64,000 nucleotides of DNA from Vicugna vicugna (Eukaryota), in contig MU058687.1 in assembly GCA_013265495.1 (NCBI GenBank), forward strand, positions 2,544,001 to 2,608,000, written 5' to 3'. Position 1 is the first letter of the stretch; every line of letters begins with the position of its first letter. Of this stretch, positions 1 to 13,184 are shown piece after piece. A program made the translations under genes and the position numbers. Under the pieces are notes generated by a model. The model was not told the DNA's origin and searched no databases. It saw nothing but the letters and a program-made list of their open reading frames with translations.

Positions 1-224
1 AAAAGTTATGTGATAGGAGTGGCATGGTTGGGGCTGAAATGCCTGGTCCTAGTGCATCCTTCCCACAGCTACCTTCCTAGGTGAGGAGATGGAGAGATGG
101 GGAGAGAGACAAAGACCCCAGGAGAAGCAGCTATACCCTGAGCCAGATTCAGGGTAGCAGGTGCTGGCGGCAGTAGTGTATTAACAGCTGGCAGAGACAG
201 AGAAGCCAAAAGTACACTGGGAAT

Positions 225-370
225 CAGATCCTGCCCCAACTCTGCAGCCTACTAGCTGTGTGACCTTGGGAAGATTAATCTCCTGCTCTGGGCTTCAGTT
301 TCCTACTGAAATGAGGAAATGGGTTCAGATGACCTTTGCCATTCCTTCAAATTCAATGTCTATGATCCTG
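225..370 (+). mobile_element. MIR-family SINE fragment
   Basis: MIR core: ctagctgtgtgaccttgggaag...ctctgggcttcagtttcct. Confidence 0.65.
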
Positions 371-975
371 GCTAGGATTCGAAAATTCATCGATTCTAGG
401 AAAGCTCATGTATCCTGAGAAACACTATAGGTCCCCATTTCCAGAGCACATATATATTTATCTGGATTTCTGTTGCTTTGCCCAACATCCCTTGTATCCT
501 CTTTCTGAGTTTAGCACCCTGTCCCAGTTTCATCTTTCCTTTGACGCACTATCCGTTCTGCATTCCATGAGATTCTGATGGGGCTGCCAATCACATTACT
601 CACCCTATCCCTGGCCTCAGTGACTGGCCCAAAGGTTGGGTACATGACTCAAGAAAAACAGTCAGAATCTTTTCCTGAATGTTGATGTATGGATACAGGG
701 AGAAAAGAGTGTACTCACTCCTGGAGTCGTAGAACTGATATAAACCTGGACATATTCTTTCATCACCTCCATCCCTACCACCACCCTCCCATATAGATAT
801 TGCGTCTCTTCTGTCTCACTGAGGAGGCTTATCTAGGGTAGAAGAGAAGCAGAGGCAGGAGACAGTGGGAAGAAGGGAGGCCAGGAACTGTGGAATCACA
901 CTGCTTGAGCACCAAAGACCATTCAAGGCTTCTTAGCATGGGAATAAATTAGCAGTAAATTCCACATGTTTGGGG

Positions 976-1463
976 GTATCAGTTTCCTAAGGCTGCTGTG
1001 CCAAATTACAAGAAACCTGATGGCTTAAAACAACAGAAATTTATTCTCTCATGGTTCTGAAGTCCCGAAGTCTGAAGTCAGTATCATTGGACCAAAATCA
1101 AGGCGTCAGCAGGGCAGTGCTCCTTCCAGAGGCCCCAGGAGAGAATCTGTTCCTGGCTATTTCCAGCTTCTGGTGTGGCTGCTGGCATTCCTCAGCTGTG
1201 GTAACATCACCCCAAATCTCAGCCTCTGGGCTCACATCACCCCCTTTTCAGTCTGAATCAAATATCCCCCTGCCCTCCTTTTAAGACATCTGTGGCGGCC
1301 TTTAGGGCCCACTTGGATAATCCAGCATAATCTCCCCATCGCAAAACCCTTAATTTAATCAAATCTGCAAAGGCCCTTTTCCCAAATAAGGTAATGTGTA
1401 CAGGTTCCAGCGACTAGGACCTGAAATCTTTGGAGGAGGGTGGGGCATTATTCAGTCCATTAC
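976..1463 (-). mobile_element. MaLR solo LTR (MLT1C/B-like)
   Basis: gtatcagtttcctaaggctgctg...ggcttaaaacaacagaaatttattctctca...gggcccacttggataatccag is typical reverse-strand MLT1 sequence. Confidence 0.8.
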
Positions 1464-3399
1464 GGGGTATAAACCAGCTTGAATTACATTTCTATTGTTT
1501 GCTACAGAAAGAGTTGTAACACAATGTCTATTGCTTAAAATTAGGGGAATACCAGATATCAAGAAGAAAATAAAATCCCACCCCACTCAGTCGTTCCACC
1601 ATTGATGAATGCCTAACATAGGACAAGGTGCTGGTTAACAGCAACGAAACTGGCCTGATGTCTAAACCTCGGGGCCTCACAGTCTGATGGAAGAAAAGAA
1701 AAAGAAACAAGTAGACAAACAAACATGAACTGCTGTGAGGAAACTGTGCTAGTGCTGTATTGCCTTCCAGTATGTTTCTATGCATATTTTTCGCTGTTGA
1801 TATATGCAGTTTTATTATCTTAGTTTCTTCACTTGATTTTATATAATTAGCCTTGCCCATGTCATTACACATTCTTCTAAAGCAAGATGTTTATATTGCA
1901 AACATTCCTTTATCTGGATGGGTTGTGGTCTATTTAGGCATTCTCTAATACTGTTTTTAATTACTTTTTACTATCATAAACAATATCGTGATGAACATCT
2001 TCACATGAATGGCTAATTGCTTCCTTACAAAAGATTCTGAGAAGTGGAGGGATTACTAGGTTGCAAACCCCTTTTAAAGAGGTTCTGGATGAATCCTGCC
2101 AGGAAGCACTCCAGTTCACATTCCTAGAAAATTCTTTCAGAGGGCCTTTCTCTACATTACACCTGAAACTTCTGCAAGTTGATGGATAAAATTCTCTTTT
2201 TCCAATTCGTATTTTTCTGATCATTAGAATCTTTTTTTAAATCTCAGCAGTCATCTTTATTTCTTCTTCTATGAATTATTTTTTCATGTCCTTTGCCATT
2301 TTTGCCATTATATTATTCATTTTTCTCATGACTCAATAATCATATTGTCATGTTTGTGGCAAACAGTTTTTCCCAGTTTGCCCAGCATAAGAAGGAAGAT
2401 TTTAGAGGCTGTAAAAGCAGAGAGAAAGAAAGACAGGAAACAGGTGCCCGGCACCTGGAGAGAAACTGAGGAAGGAACGATGTTTCAAGGAGATTTTCTG
2501 AGTTATGTGATGCAAGCCTTTTTTCAATCTCCTGATGAAAACTTCAGGGACACAGACACACACAAAGAAATCCCCTTTCACCAGTCTCTTTGGAAGATCC
2601 AAAAAGAATCACTTGTTTTCGCAGCGTGTTTTCATTGCATTCTGTCTTAAATTCACAGTCGTTTGTGAGCTTAGCTTCCCCCATACTAATTTTGTGACTT
2701 TAGTCTGTCCATCTTTGTGGCTCCCACCAGCCTACAATACCTGGCCCAGTGCTTTGCATGCATATTTGGGAATTAAACTGAGTCATAAGCTCCAACTGGC
2801 CATGTCAAGTGAAGGCCCTTGGCTCTCCTAAATGCAGAAACAAGGGAGTTGGTAGACTAACTGACCCGTGGGCCCTTCTACTCCTAAGTCCCCCATGACC
2901 GTGGCAGGGGCTGCCGAAGAGAGATATGCACCCACGTGTGACCTCAGGGTTCCTTCCCATCCGCCATGATTGGGAGACTCCATGCCAGAGGGCTCTGGAG
3001 CAGTTGCTGGGTTCACAGGATAAAGGGGCTTGATCTACAGGGAAACACAAAGAAGGGATTAGACAGGAAGGGAAGCTGCAGCTCCGGTGCCGGATTGGGG
3101 GTCTTCTCCCATTAGCCCACCTCTCAGATGTGAGCAGTTCTTAGGCCACCAGGGCCAGAATGGCAGAAACTGAAGCAAAGTGAGAGGTGAATAGGGAAGA
3201 GGGTACCCTCTGTTTCTCGAACCTCGAACCTTCAGAACCCAGAATCTGCCTAGTGTCCTTTGGGGTCACCACATCCCACCTATCAAGGCCAACACAAGCA
3301 TCTCCCGATACTTTAGATATCCCGATGCTTGGGGAATGCAGTACCCTGACATACTGAAGACCTTTCTGCATAGAGTGGCCACTATTTCTTAAGGTGCCT

Positions 3400-3810
3400 C
3401 ATTGACTTATCCGCTCAACAGCTACTGCATGCCCAACTTCATGCACTATTGTAGGTGCTGGGGGACAGCAGTGAGAGAGAGACAATTGTCTGTGCTTATG
3501 GAACGTACTTTCTAGGAGAAGGAGACACATAGCAAATAGACCCAAAATGCACAGGAAAATATCAGACATTAATAAATGCTACTGAGAAGCAAGAGGGATG
3601 CTGTGCCAGGCAGTATGTTAGAGGGTGGTCAGGAAAGGAAGGGCATTTCTGCTGAGAACCTGAGTGATGAGAAGGACCTGCCCACCTTGTGAAGACAGGG
3701 AGGAAGAGCATTTCCAGCAGGGGCACCACTGGAGCAAAGATCCTGGGGCAGGACCGCGTGACCCGAAAGGAGGCCAGCTGGAGCCTGGTGAGCAGGAAGA
3801 GGAGGGGACA
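3400..3810. mobile_element. L2 LINE 3' fragment
   Basis: taggtgctggggacagcagtgag...gagggtggtcaggaaagg...tttctgctgagaacctgagtgatgaga...gaagagcatttccagcag is a typical L2 3' end. Confidence 0.7.
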
Positions 3811-6800
3811 CAGTCTAAAGTACTAGAAGACAGAACAGTACACTGCACACGCACTCACAATGGCCAAATCTGTCAATAGTGACTCTGAAAGAGTTTGGTG
3901 ACCTCTGCTAGAGGGGTTTCCCATGTCACAGGTGAGCAGGTCTTCGGCCACCCTCTGGTCCAGGGTTTCTCAAAGTGAGGCACTCCCTCTGACAAAGGAG
4001 AATGGTCGCATATCCCCAGAGTTCCTAGAAGCTTTGATCAAATTTTGTTTCTTGAAGACTTGTGTTTTAGCTTTAAAACAAAAGCCAATTTTGCATTCTA
4101 TTCCCCAAGATAACCATATTTGTTTTTGTGCTTGAATCAAATAAAACTAATGCTCCATGAGGTTGGCCATATAGGTGCTATGGGGCCTTGTGGACCCCCT
4201 GGCATTACCACCAGGTACCCCAGTTTGAGAACTGCCAATCACTTGGCAGATGAGAGGACACAAGCCCAGAATGACAGGATGAGGTGATTTTCCCAAGTCC
4301 ATCCAAGGTGTTGTAGAAACAGAAAGTGCTGGTGTCTTGTGCTTTCAGAGCATTAGGATTCTCATGGGCAGCTGTTTCCTGTTTATTTGAGTCTATTTTG
4401 AGGGCTTGTTTTATCCCCTACTTGACAGACTCCTCTCTGTTCCCAAGCTAGTCCTGTTGGCTTCATCCTGTTCACTGCACTGTCCTTTCAGGCTGTGGGA
4501 GATGGAGGGGTTGCCAGCCTCGTAAAAGGGGTGCTGGAGGGCCAGGGACGCTGCTCGTGCAAAGCTGCCCTCCCAGGACCAATTTCCCTCACAAACCAAG
4601 GGAAGCATCCTGGAAACTCTCCTGGGCCCCCGCCCACAAGGTGAGAGAAGCCATCTCTCCAGCAAGGAGGAGAAGTACTTCCCACGGCGTTAAAATCGCT
4701 GCATCCACTGCGTACGATATATTGGGCCACTATTTAGCATGAGACTTACAAACAGGTTGACATGAAAGGGTAAAAACTTCTGTTTCAATGTTAGTTGAAG
4801 AAACAGGTGACAAAGTTAAATATGCAGGCTGAACTCAACTGAATCAGCTGGGGAAACATAGGAAAAAAGAAAGGCTAGAATTAGGCCGAATAGTTAACAA
4901 CAGTAGTCACAGGAAAATGAGATGGTGGGAAATGTGGGGATGTGGGATTGTGGGCTATTTTTACATTTTTTTACATTTTCCAAACGTTCCCCGAGTGTGA
5001 TGGGGTGGAGGAAATTGAACAGAAGGTGTCTTTTTCTCAAATTTCCAATTCAGGAAAATACCAGTGTGAACATAGAGTATTTTTAAAGTCTTGAAGGTGA
5101 GTATTCGATGTGTTTTTAGAGAAACCCATGTGGAACTTACTGGGCTACTGTCAATTAATAGCTGCCAATTAACTAATGGTGATAAAATAGATAATAATTT
5201 ATAATTAGCAGCTTGATGGTTTTGAAAAGAGTGTTTCTAAAATTCCTGAACTACTTTTAAATGGACTAAACATTTTCCATATTATCTTGTTCATATTTCA
5301 TACCATTTGGGGGACCTCTTTGATGGCTTAAAAGGAAAAGCAGCTTAACTCTGACCTAAGTTATCACAAATTCATGGAATCCATGTACTGTGATTCCAGG
5401 GCACATCTGACTTGACCCTTCCACCAGAGCCTGCAGCAGAGGGAGATGGCCCTGAAGAAAAGGGCCAGGAGGCTCTCACCCCAGCTGTCCCCTGATTTCC
5501 TGGGACCCCTGGGGGGTCCGTCCCCATGCCTTCTCTCAGGACTCAGTTTCCTGACCTATAAGATGAGGAGCATAGGCCGGATGTATTGAATGTCTCTCCA
5601 AATCATTAATTTATTTACTTTTACTTACTGAGCAGTCACAGGTACCAGGCATGGCCCCAGGCACTGGAGACAGCGTCGAATGAAGCAAAATCCCGGTTTT
5701 CTTGGCATTTCATCTTCTTCCCACACATGTGGAGCTCTGACCTCCTCTAATATCTGTTACAGACAGGGCTCCTTTCTGCACGTAATCATACACTGCCTGT
5801 GTCATGGGAGTTTAACTGACTTTCCAACTTGATGATAAACCCCAGGGGAGCAGAGACCAGGATCTCTCTTCCTGTATTCCCACAGTCCTGAACCCAGACC
5901 TAGCATCCTAATTTTTCAATTAGGAAAGCACAATATCTGTACATAGTAAGGACTTGATAAATGTTTGTTGGATGAATAATAAGGATCATACAACATGCTG
6001 GGCATTTACAGACATTATCTCCTGTAGTTCTCATAAAAGTCCTAAAGGGTGATGGTTTATGATGGAGAAAGAGAGGTTAAGTGACTTGTCATGACACACA
6101 GTAGGTGGTGGATCCTGGATATAAGCCCAGATCACTACCTTCACAAAATAAAATGTAATAGGAGGCAAGACAGTTTCTCAAACATCACATGCATCATGGG
6201 GTCAGTAAGTTCTTCAGAGAAGGGAAGGACTTGTGAAGCCAGAGTGGGCAGGGAAGAAATTATAGCAGAACAGGGGCTTCAGCTGGATTTTGAAGGATGA
6301 AGGAGGGCAGAAGGATGGCAAAAATGACAGCACATGAATCCGTGAGGCCCACAGCCTCCAGGTAAAGACCTGGGCTTGGGCTCGGCTGACCCAGAGCACC
6401 TAAGCCAACTGATGCATCTGATGCATATTTCTCTAACAGCTGGAAAGTGATGAGAAAATAATTGTTCAATATGTGCAAAAGAACACTAGCCTAACTAAGC
6501 ATGCAGACAAGCTTGATTAAGTCAGATGCCCTCCCTGCTGTGAACTCCAGGCTGCAGGGTAGAGCTGTTGGTGCCGCAGCACCTGGGCCTGACCCTGGGG
6601 TCTTCAGTGAGATAAGGAGGGCCCCTCATACACTGCTTGTTTCTGCAGACCTCTGCCCTATGCACTCTGACCCAGTGACCTCCCAGGAAGAGGTTATTTC
6701 ACACTCCCAGGATGATGCAGGGAAAGCATCCTGCCTTTGATCCTGGATCAGGGTTCTAGACCCAGCTCAAAGCCACGTACCTGACTTTGAACAGTTCATG

Positions 6801-6955
6801 ACAAGACTCGTGGTCTCTGAACAATAGTATGGGACAGTGCAGTGCCTTCCTCAAGTCATGCAGGGCCTTCATATCAGTTGAGATCCAATTAGTGCATTAA
6901 GACCAGGACTTCTGGGAATAGTATGAAATGGAATAGCATCGAAAACTCATCACGA

Positions 6956-7384
6956 CCAGAGGACATGCAGATGGCCAACAGGCACACGAAAAGATGCTCA
7001 ACATCACTAACCATCAGGGAAATGCCAATCAAAACGATGAGATTATCACCTCACACCTGTCAGAATGGCTGTCATCAAAAAAGAACACAAATAATAAATG
7101 TTGGCAAGGATGTGGAGAAAAGGAAACCCTTGTACACTATTGGCGGGAATGTCAATTAGTGCAACCACTGTGGAAAACAGTATGGAGGTGTCTAAAAAAC
7201 TAAAAATAGAACTACCATATGACCTAGCAATTCCACATCAGGGTATATATCCAAAGAAAACAAAAACACTTATTTGAAAAGATACATGCACCTCAATGTT
7301 CATAGCAGCATTTTTTACAATTGCCAAGACATGGAAGCAACCTAAGTGTCCATCAACAGATGAATGGATAAATAAGCTGTGGTT
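6956..7384 (+). mobile_element. Older L1 ORF2 3' fragment, first part (host of a nested insertion)
   Basis: Degenerate ORF2 C-terminal peptides ([40 protein letters not shown]); the sequence resumes at 9070. Confidence 0.9.
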
Positions 7385-9069
7385 TAACCACAAAAGACCT
7401 AGAATTGCCAAAGCATTACTGAAGGGAAAGAAAGAGCCTGGAGGAATAACTCTCCCAGACTTCAGACAATACTATAGAGCTACAGTCATCAAGACAGCAT
7501 GGTATTGGTACAGAAACAGACATATGGGCCAATGGAACAGAATAGAGAGCCCAGAAATGGACCCACAAACTTTTGGTCAACTAATTGTCGACAAAGGAGG
7601 CTAGAATATACAGTGGAATAAAGACAGTCTCTTCAGCAAATGGTGTTGGGAAAACTGGACAGCAGCATGTAAATCAATGAAGCTAGAACACTCCCTTACA
7701 CCATACACAAAAATAAACTCAAAATGGATCAAAGATTTAAACATAAGACAAGATACAATAAACCTCCTAGAAGAAAATATAGGCAAAACATTATCTGACA
7801 TACATTTCAAAAATGTTCTCCTAGGGCAGTCTACCCAAGCAATAGAAATAAAAGCAAGAATAAACAAATGGGACCTAATGAAACTTACAAACTTCTGCAC
7901 AGCAAAGGAAACCATAAATAAAACAAAATGACAACCTACGGAATGGGAGAAAATTTGTGCAAATGAAACCTACAAAGGCTTGATCTCTAGAATATATAAG
8001 CAGCTCATATGACTTAATAAGAAACAACCAAACAACCCAATCCAAAAATGGGCAGAAGACCTAAACAAGCAATTCTCCAAGGCAGAAATACAAATGATCA
8101 GTAGGCACATGAAAAAACGCTCAATATCACTAATTATCAGAGAAATGCAAATCAAAACTACAATGAGGTATCACCTCACACCAGTCAGAATGGCCATCAT
8201 TCAAAAGTCCACAAATGACAAATGCTGGAGAGGCTGTGGAGAAAGGGTAACCCTCCTTCATTGCTGGTGGGAATGCAGTTTGGTGCAGCCACTGTGGAAA
8301 ATAGTATGGAGATTCCTCAAAAGACTAGGAATAGACTTACCATATGACCCAGGAATCCCGCTCCTGGGCATATATCCAGAAGGAACCCTACTTCAAAATG
8401 AGACCTGCACCCCAATGTTCATAGAAGCACTATTTACAATAGCCAAGACATGGAAACAACCTAAATGTCCATCAATGGATGACTGGATAAAGAAGAGGTG
8501 GTATATTTATACAACGGAATATTATTCAGCCATAAAAACTGACAACATAACACCATTTGCAGCAATATGGATGCTCCTGGAGAATGTAATTCTAAGGGAA
8601 GTAAGCCAGAAAGAGAAAGAAAAATACCATATGAGATCACTCATATGTGGAATCTAAAAAATGAAAAAAAAGAAAAAAAAGAACATAAATACAAAACAGA
8701 AACAGACTCACAGACATGGAATACAAACTTGTGGTTGCCAAGGGGGCAGGGGGTGGGAAGGGACAGACTGGGAGTTCAAAATTTGTAGATACTGACAGGC
8801 ATATGTAGAAAAGATAAGCAAGATTATACTGTATAGCACAGGAAAATATATACAAGATCCTGTGGTAGCTCACACACAAAAAAATGTGACAGTGAATATA
8901 TGTATGTTCATGTATAATTGAAAAATTGTGCTCTACACTGGAATTTGATACAACATTGTAAAATGACTATTTAAGAAACTATATTGACTATAAAAACAAT
9001 AAAAAAGTTTTTAAAAAGCTAATATGAACTTAAAAATAAAAGTAATTGAAAGTACTAATGAAAAAAAGG
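7385..9069 (+). mobile_element. Younger 5'-truncated L1 (camelid/artiodactyl type): ORF2 C-terminus, 3' UTR and A-rich tail
   Basis: Nearly intact ORF2 peptides ([37 protein letters not shown]) with only a few disruptions; flanked by the 11-bp TSD AAGCTGTGGTT. Confidence 0.93.
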
Positions 9070-9161
9070 AAGCTGTGGTTCATATACACAATGGAATACT
9101 ACTCAGCCATTAAAAAGAATGAAATTTTGCCATTTGCAACAACATGGATGTACTTGGAGGG
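9070..9161 (+). mobile_element. Older L1 fragment, continuation after the nested insertion
   Basis: catatacacaatggaatactactcagccattaaaaagaatgaaattttgccatttgc directly continues the sequence interrupted at 7384. Confidence 0.88.
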
Positions 9162-9185
9162 TCCACAGGTTACCCTGTGGAGGGT

Positions 9186-9387
9186 ACACACACAGAGGAA
9201 TAGCCACATGAGGACATAGCCAGAAGGTGGCCACCTGCAAGCCAAGGAGAGAAGCCTCAGAGAAACCAAACCTACTGACACCTTGATCTTGGATTTCCAG
9301 CCTCCAGATCTGTGAGACAATAAATTTCTGTTGTTTAAACCATCCAGTTTGTGGTGTTTTGTTATGGCAGTCCAAACGATTAATACA
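9186..9387 (+). mobile_element. MaLR LTR 3' half (MLT1A-like)
   Basis: gccacctgcaagccaaggagagaagcctcag...ccttgatcttggatttccagcctccaga...aataaatttctgttgtttaa...taataca. Confidence 0.8.
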
Positions 9388-9699
9388 ATAACCCAATGAG
9401 AACCCAAGATTTGGGAATCCCAAAGAATGAGCACCCATAAAATTACATTGTAATATTTCTCCTCTCAAAGTTTTCCCCTTCCAAGATGAAGTGGTCACTG
9501 GTCACATTCCTTCCTTCCACCATTCCCTCCCAACACCTTTAGAACCACTTGCCACAGGCCAACTCCATGTCTGCTCCATGATTACAAATCCGAAGGCCAT
9601 TCCTTTCACACACCCCCAGCTTCCATGCCAATGGAGGCATCGCCAACTTCAGCCAGGCTTCCACTCTCCACACTATTCAGTTAAAAAATGGAGACTGGG

Positions 9700-10320
9700 G
9701 GAAAAGCCCCTAATTGAAACCAGGCAAGAAGGTGTTGTATCAGAGCATTGTACGTTCTTCCCCTGACTGTCATCCTTAGCCCTTCTCTTTACAAAGATGA
9801 CACCAAATTAAAACAGCTCAGTGCTGTCATCTCCACAGGCCTGTTAATTCAAGGACATGGCTCTGAAATGGTCATGACAAGAACCAGCTTCACTACAACT
9901 TTATGCGCCAGGCAAATGTCACTTCTAATAAGGCCCAAAGGCCCAAAGGCCCAAGCCAGCCTATTGCCAAATGCAGTTTATAGCAATTGCCCTGCCTACA
10001 GTTCTTCCTCCTATCAAGAATTGGACATCTCTGATGATGTCATAGGCTGTGAGTCATACGTGCAGTGGAAGAAGCCAGAGGTAACATCGTCCTGGCCAAA
10101 ATCAATGAGACCATCTTCCAACCGTCCCTGTTCTGGGAAAACAACCTGCGGCCAGCAATGCCTTCATGGCACATGGTTTGCTGTATGTAACCAGGATGGT
10201 GTCAAACAAAATTGAAGAAATGTTCTACATGCATGACACCAAAACCCAAAAGGAAAACTACATCAGCCTCCAATTCCAAAAGAAGTGCTGAAACATGACC
10301 AGCCTGCACTATGACCCCAC
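9700..10320 (+). mobile_element. Possible ancient RTE-clade LINE (L4/MamRTE-like) reverse transcriptase fossil
   Basis: Frameshifted peptides weakly resemble successive RTE RT motifs in collinear order; judged by eye only. Confidence 0.35.
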
Positions 10321-10589
10321 TGCCCCCAAATTCTACATGGGCAATGATGGCTCCTGGACCCACTACCATGCTGATTTTTCTCTTGATGTATGAGGAAGAC
10401 AGCAGGAGGGTCAGGCCATGCCAAAGGACAAAAATCCTTGGGACTGGAGATACTAGACACATTTTTATTTGTTGGTTGGTTTGCTTCATATATTTTTGCT
10501 TATGTCTTCCTTACACAGAAGGATTTCCTCAAGTATTTGGTGACCTTGGCTGTCTGTTCCTATTTAGGAGGAAGGCATTAAAAGTCAGT

Positions 10590-11530
10590 TGGTACCCTGC
10601 AACCTAGAAGTTCCACTCAGCAGACCTGCACATAAACATGCACCAAAAGATATGTACAAGAATGTTCACAGCAACCCTATTTGCCCTAAACTCAAAACCA
10701 GCCAGGAGCGCACCAACAGCGGAAAGGCTAGATAAGTTGTGGCATATAAACACAATGGGATAAAATGCCTCAATGAGAATTAACAATCTGTACAACTCCT
10801 TGCAACATTATGGATGAATCCTACAAACACCATGTCAAATAAAAGAAACTAGAACCCCCAAAGTATACTTGCTATATGATTCCACTTATTTAAGGACAAA
10901 ACAGGCAAAATTATTAGTCTATGAAGTAGAAGCAAAGATGGTGGTTATCCTTAGGTGGGGGTAGTAAACATTCTTCCTATATAGAGCAGAAAAACAAAGA
11001 AAAAATAGACAGAAATACATTCTAGGGAGAATTTAACACACAGTTCTCAGTAAAAGAGGGATCAAATGGACAAAAATTAAGCAAAGACATAGAAATCTAA
11101 ACAACCTGATCAGCAAGGTATGCCTTGAAAATCATTTAATCCTGATTTAGGCACATGTACATGCACACATACACACACACACATATTGGGATTCTAATTA
11201 GAAGAGCATTAAACTTATATATTAATTTTAGAAGGATTTATATTTTTATACCCACTTGTTAGTATAGAAAAAAAGCTATTGATTTTGTATATTTAACTTG
11301 TATATAGCCACCTTTCAAAATTCTATTAGTAATTTTAATAGTTATTAATTTTAATCATTTGCTGTTAGGCTGGGTGTGCAATCAACCTAATAAAAAAGAT
11401 AATTTTCCCTTCTTTAGTAATATTCATAGGGCCCATTTCATTTCTTTTCTTATTTCACTAGTGAGAATCTCTAAAACTGTTCAACATTATCAGTGACAAT
11501 AGACAACCTTGTCTTATTATTGATGGTACA
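10590..11530. mobile_element. Old L1 (L1M/ME) fragments in mixed orientation
   Basis: caccaaaagatatgtacaagaatgttcacagca and atatgattccactta (L1 3' end), followed by degenerate ORF2 pieces. Confidence 0.65.
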
Positions 11531-11608
11531 TGGACGACACACTCAGGCACTGCTCAGCATCAAAAGGAGCCTGTGTCCTATAGCCCCCTGCCCAGGAGGT
11601 AAGCAAGG

Positions 11609-12056
11609 TGCTGATGTATCAGGGAAGAACAAAGCTGACTCCATATTGGATTTGTTTCTCTAACTTTTGTATTCTCTATCGCTTTTGCTATAAGTAAAGA
11701 AAGTTGCCTAAAGCCTGAAATATACAGGATAGCCCATTCTCAAGGCTCTGACCTTTGAAGGTATAATGCTTTTTCCATCCACATAGAGATAAAAAAAAGT
11801 TGCAGAACAGAGAATAACATTTGTCTTTTTAGAAGTTTATAGGAACATTGTGACCAGATCTACATGCACAGCTGCAGGAACAAAGGATTCCAGAACCAAG
11901 AAGTTTTCAACAACAGGCCACACCCCCTCCCTTTTTAGTATAGAAGAAGCCTCAATTCTAACTCAAGTTAAGATGGTTCTCTGGGACACTGGTCCACTAT
12001 CTTCTCGATCTGCTGGCTTTCCAAATAAAGACGCTCTTCCTTGCCCCAACACCTCA
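11609..12056 (+). mobile_element. ERV1 solo LTR, MER41-like artiodactyl family, 3' truncated
   Basis: Starts gtatcagggaagaacaaagctgactccatattgg; TATA-like tagtatagaag; R/U5-like ccactatcttctcgatctgctggctttccAAATAAAg (AATAAA at 12024-12029). Confidence 0.7.
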
Positions 12057-12151
12057 CAAATTCCTATTTATCCCCCTAAGAGGCAGGTGGACACAAAAGT
12101 GTTTTTTATCCTTACTTAAAAAAAAAAGATTTTGGCCAGACACATAGTATT

Positions 12152-12268
12152 TTATATATATATATATAAATACACAGACACACACACACACACACATACA
12201 TACATACACACATATACATACACACACACATATTTTATATATATATATGTATATATATATAGAAAATA
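12152..12268. repeat. Compound microsatellite (TA)n(CA)n(TACA)n(TA)n
   Basis: Directly visible in the sequence. Confidence 0.95.
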
Positions 12269-12407
12269 GATTTTTATTTTTAATTTTTTTTGGAGCAGGG
12301 TAATTAGGTTTTATTACTTATTTATCTTTAATGGAGGGACTTGGATTGAACCCAGGACCTTGTGCATGCTAAGCATGCTCTCTACCACTGACCTATACCC
12401 TCCCCAA
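12269..12407 (-). mobile_element. tRNA-derived SINE (camelid Vic-1 type)
   Basis: Reverse complement reads ggggagggtataggtcagtggtagagagcatgcttagcatgcacaaggtcctgggttcaatcc, with A and B boxes and an A-rich tail. Confidence 0.88.
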
Positions 12408-13184
12408 TGGCCAAGCACATAGTATTATAGGCTGGTTTCTTTCTAATCTCAAGGCTGAGGACCACAATTCTTAAGTTTCCCCTTCCAAACCTTGGTCATG
12501 TTGTGCCAGAAATGGATTATCTGTTGAGATTGTGTGCCTTGATTCACCACAAGGCTTTGAGTGGGGACATGTGAAGGAGGTATAACTCCTAAGAACCCAC
12601 AGACTGTCTGCTTTGGTTCCTCAGTCTTTGCACTCCAGCACCCACCCCTTCTTCCATTGAAACCCAGCCCTGTGCGGCTCCTCAACTCAGACCTCTTCCA
12701 GGTCCAGGGCCTCCACCCAGAGTTTTGTCCTTTTATTACAGCCCATTTCATGAGTAAATACCCAAAAGCCAATGGGCTGGGGGGAGTGCCAACAATTTCT
12801 CTCTTTTAAAGATATGCTCTAAGAATGTACTCCAGCTGGGCCCCTCCCTGGAGCCTGCAATCATCAGGCAGAGACAGGATCTTATGGTACTCATAATTTC
12901 AGCCTGCCTGTTGGTCTGCCCAAAGTACGCATTGATGGCATGGCAAAGTCTGCAGGCAGCATTTTGGAGCAATTAACTATGGATGCTAGAGGCCTCCTCT
13001 CTCCTGTGGTCAGTCAAACCACAAGTGTATTCCCTTCACTTATTATAATGTAGCTAATACAATTAAGTATTGTAACTGTGACACAATTAAAACCCTTGTA
13101 ATTAAGGAAGTTGGTGGTAGGAGAAAAGGACTGGTTCTGAAAACTCAGCCCAGTTTAGCAAAAAGCAACATATATATATCATCA

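Noticed and set aside
8094..8657. 187-aa ORF as a host gene
   Set aside because: It is the C-terminal part of L1 ORF2 within a 5'-truncated, disrupted element.
11609..12056. Interferon-inducible (STAT1/GAS) enhancer in the MER41-like LTR
   Set aside because: I found no intact TTCNNNGAA motif in this copy.
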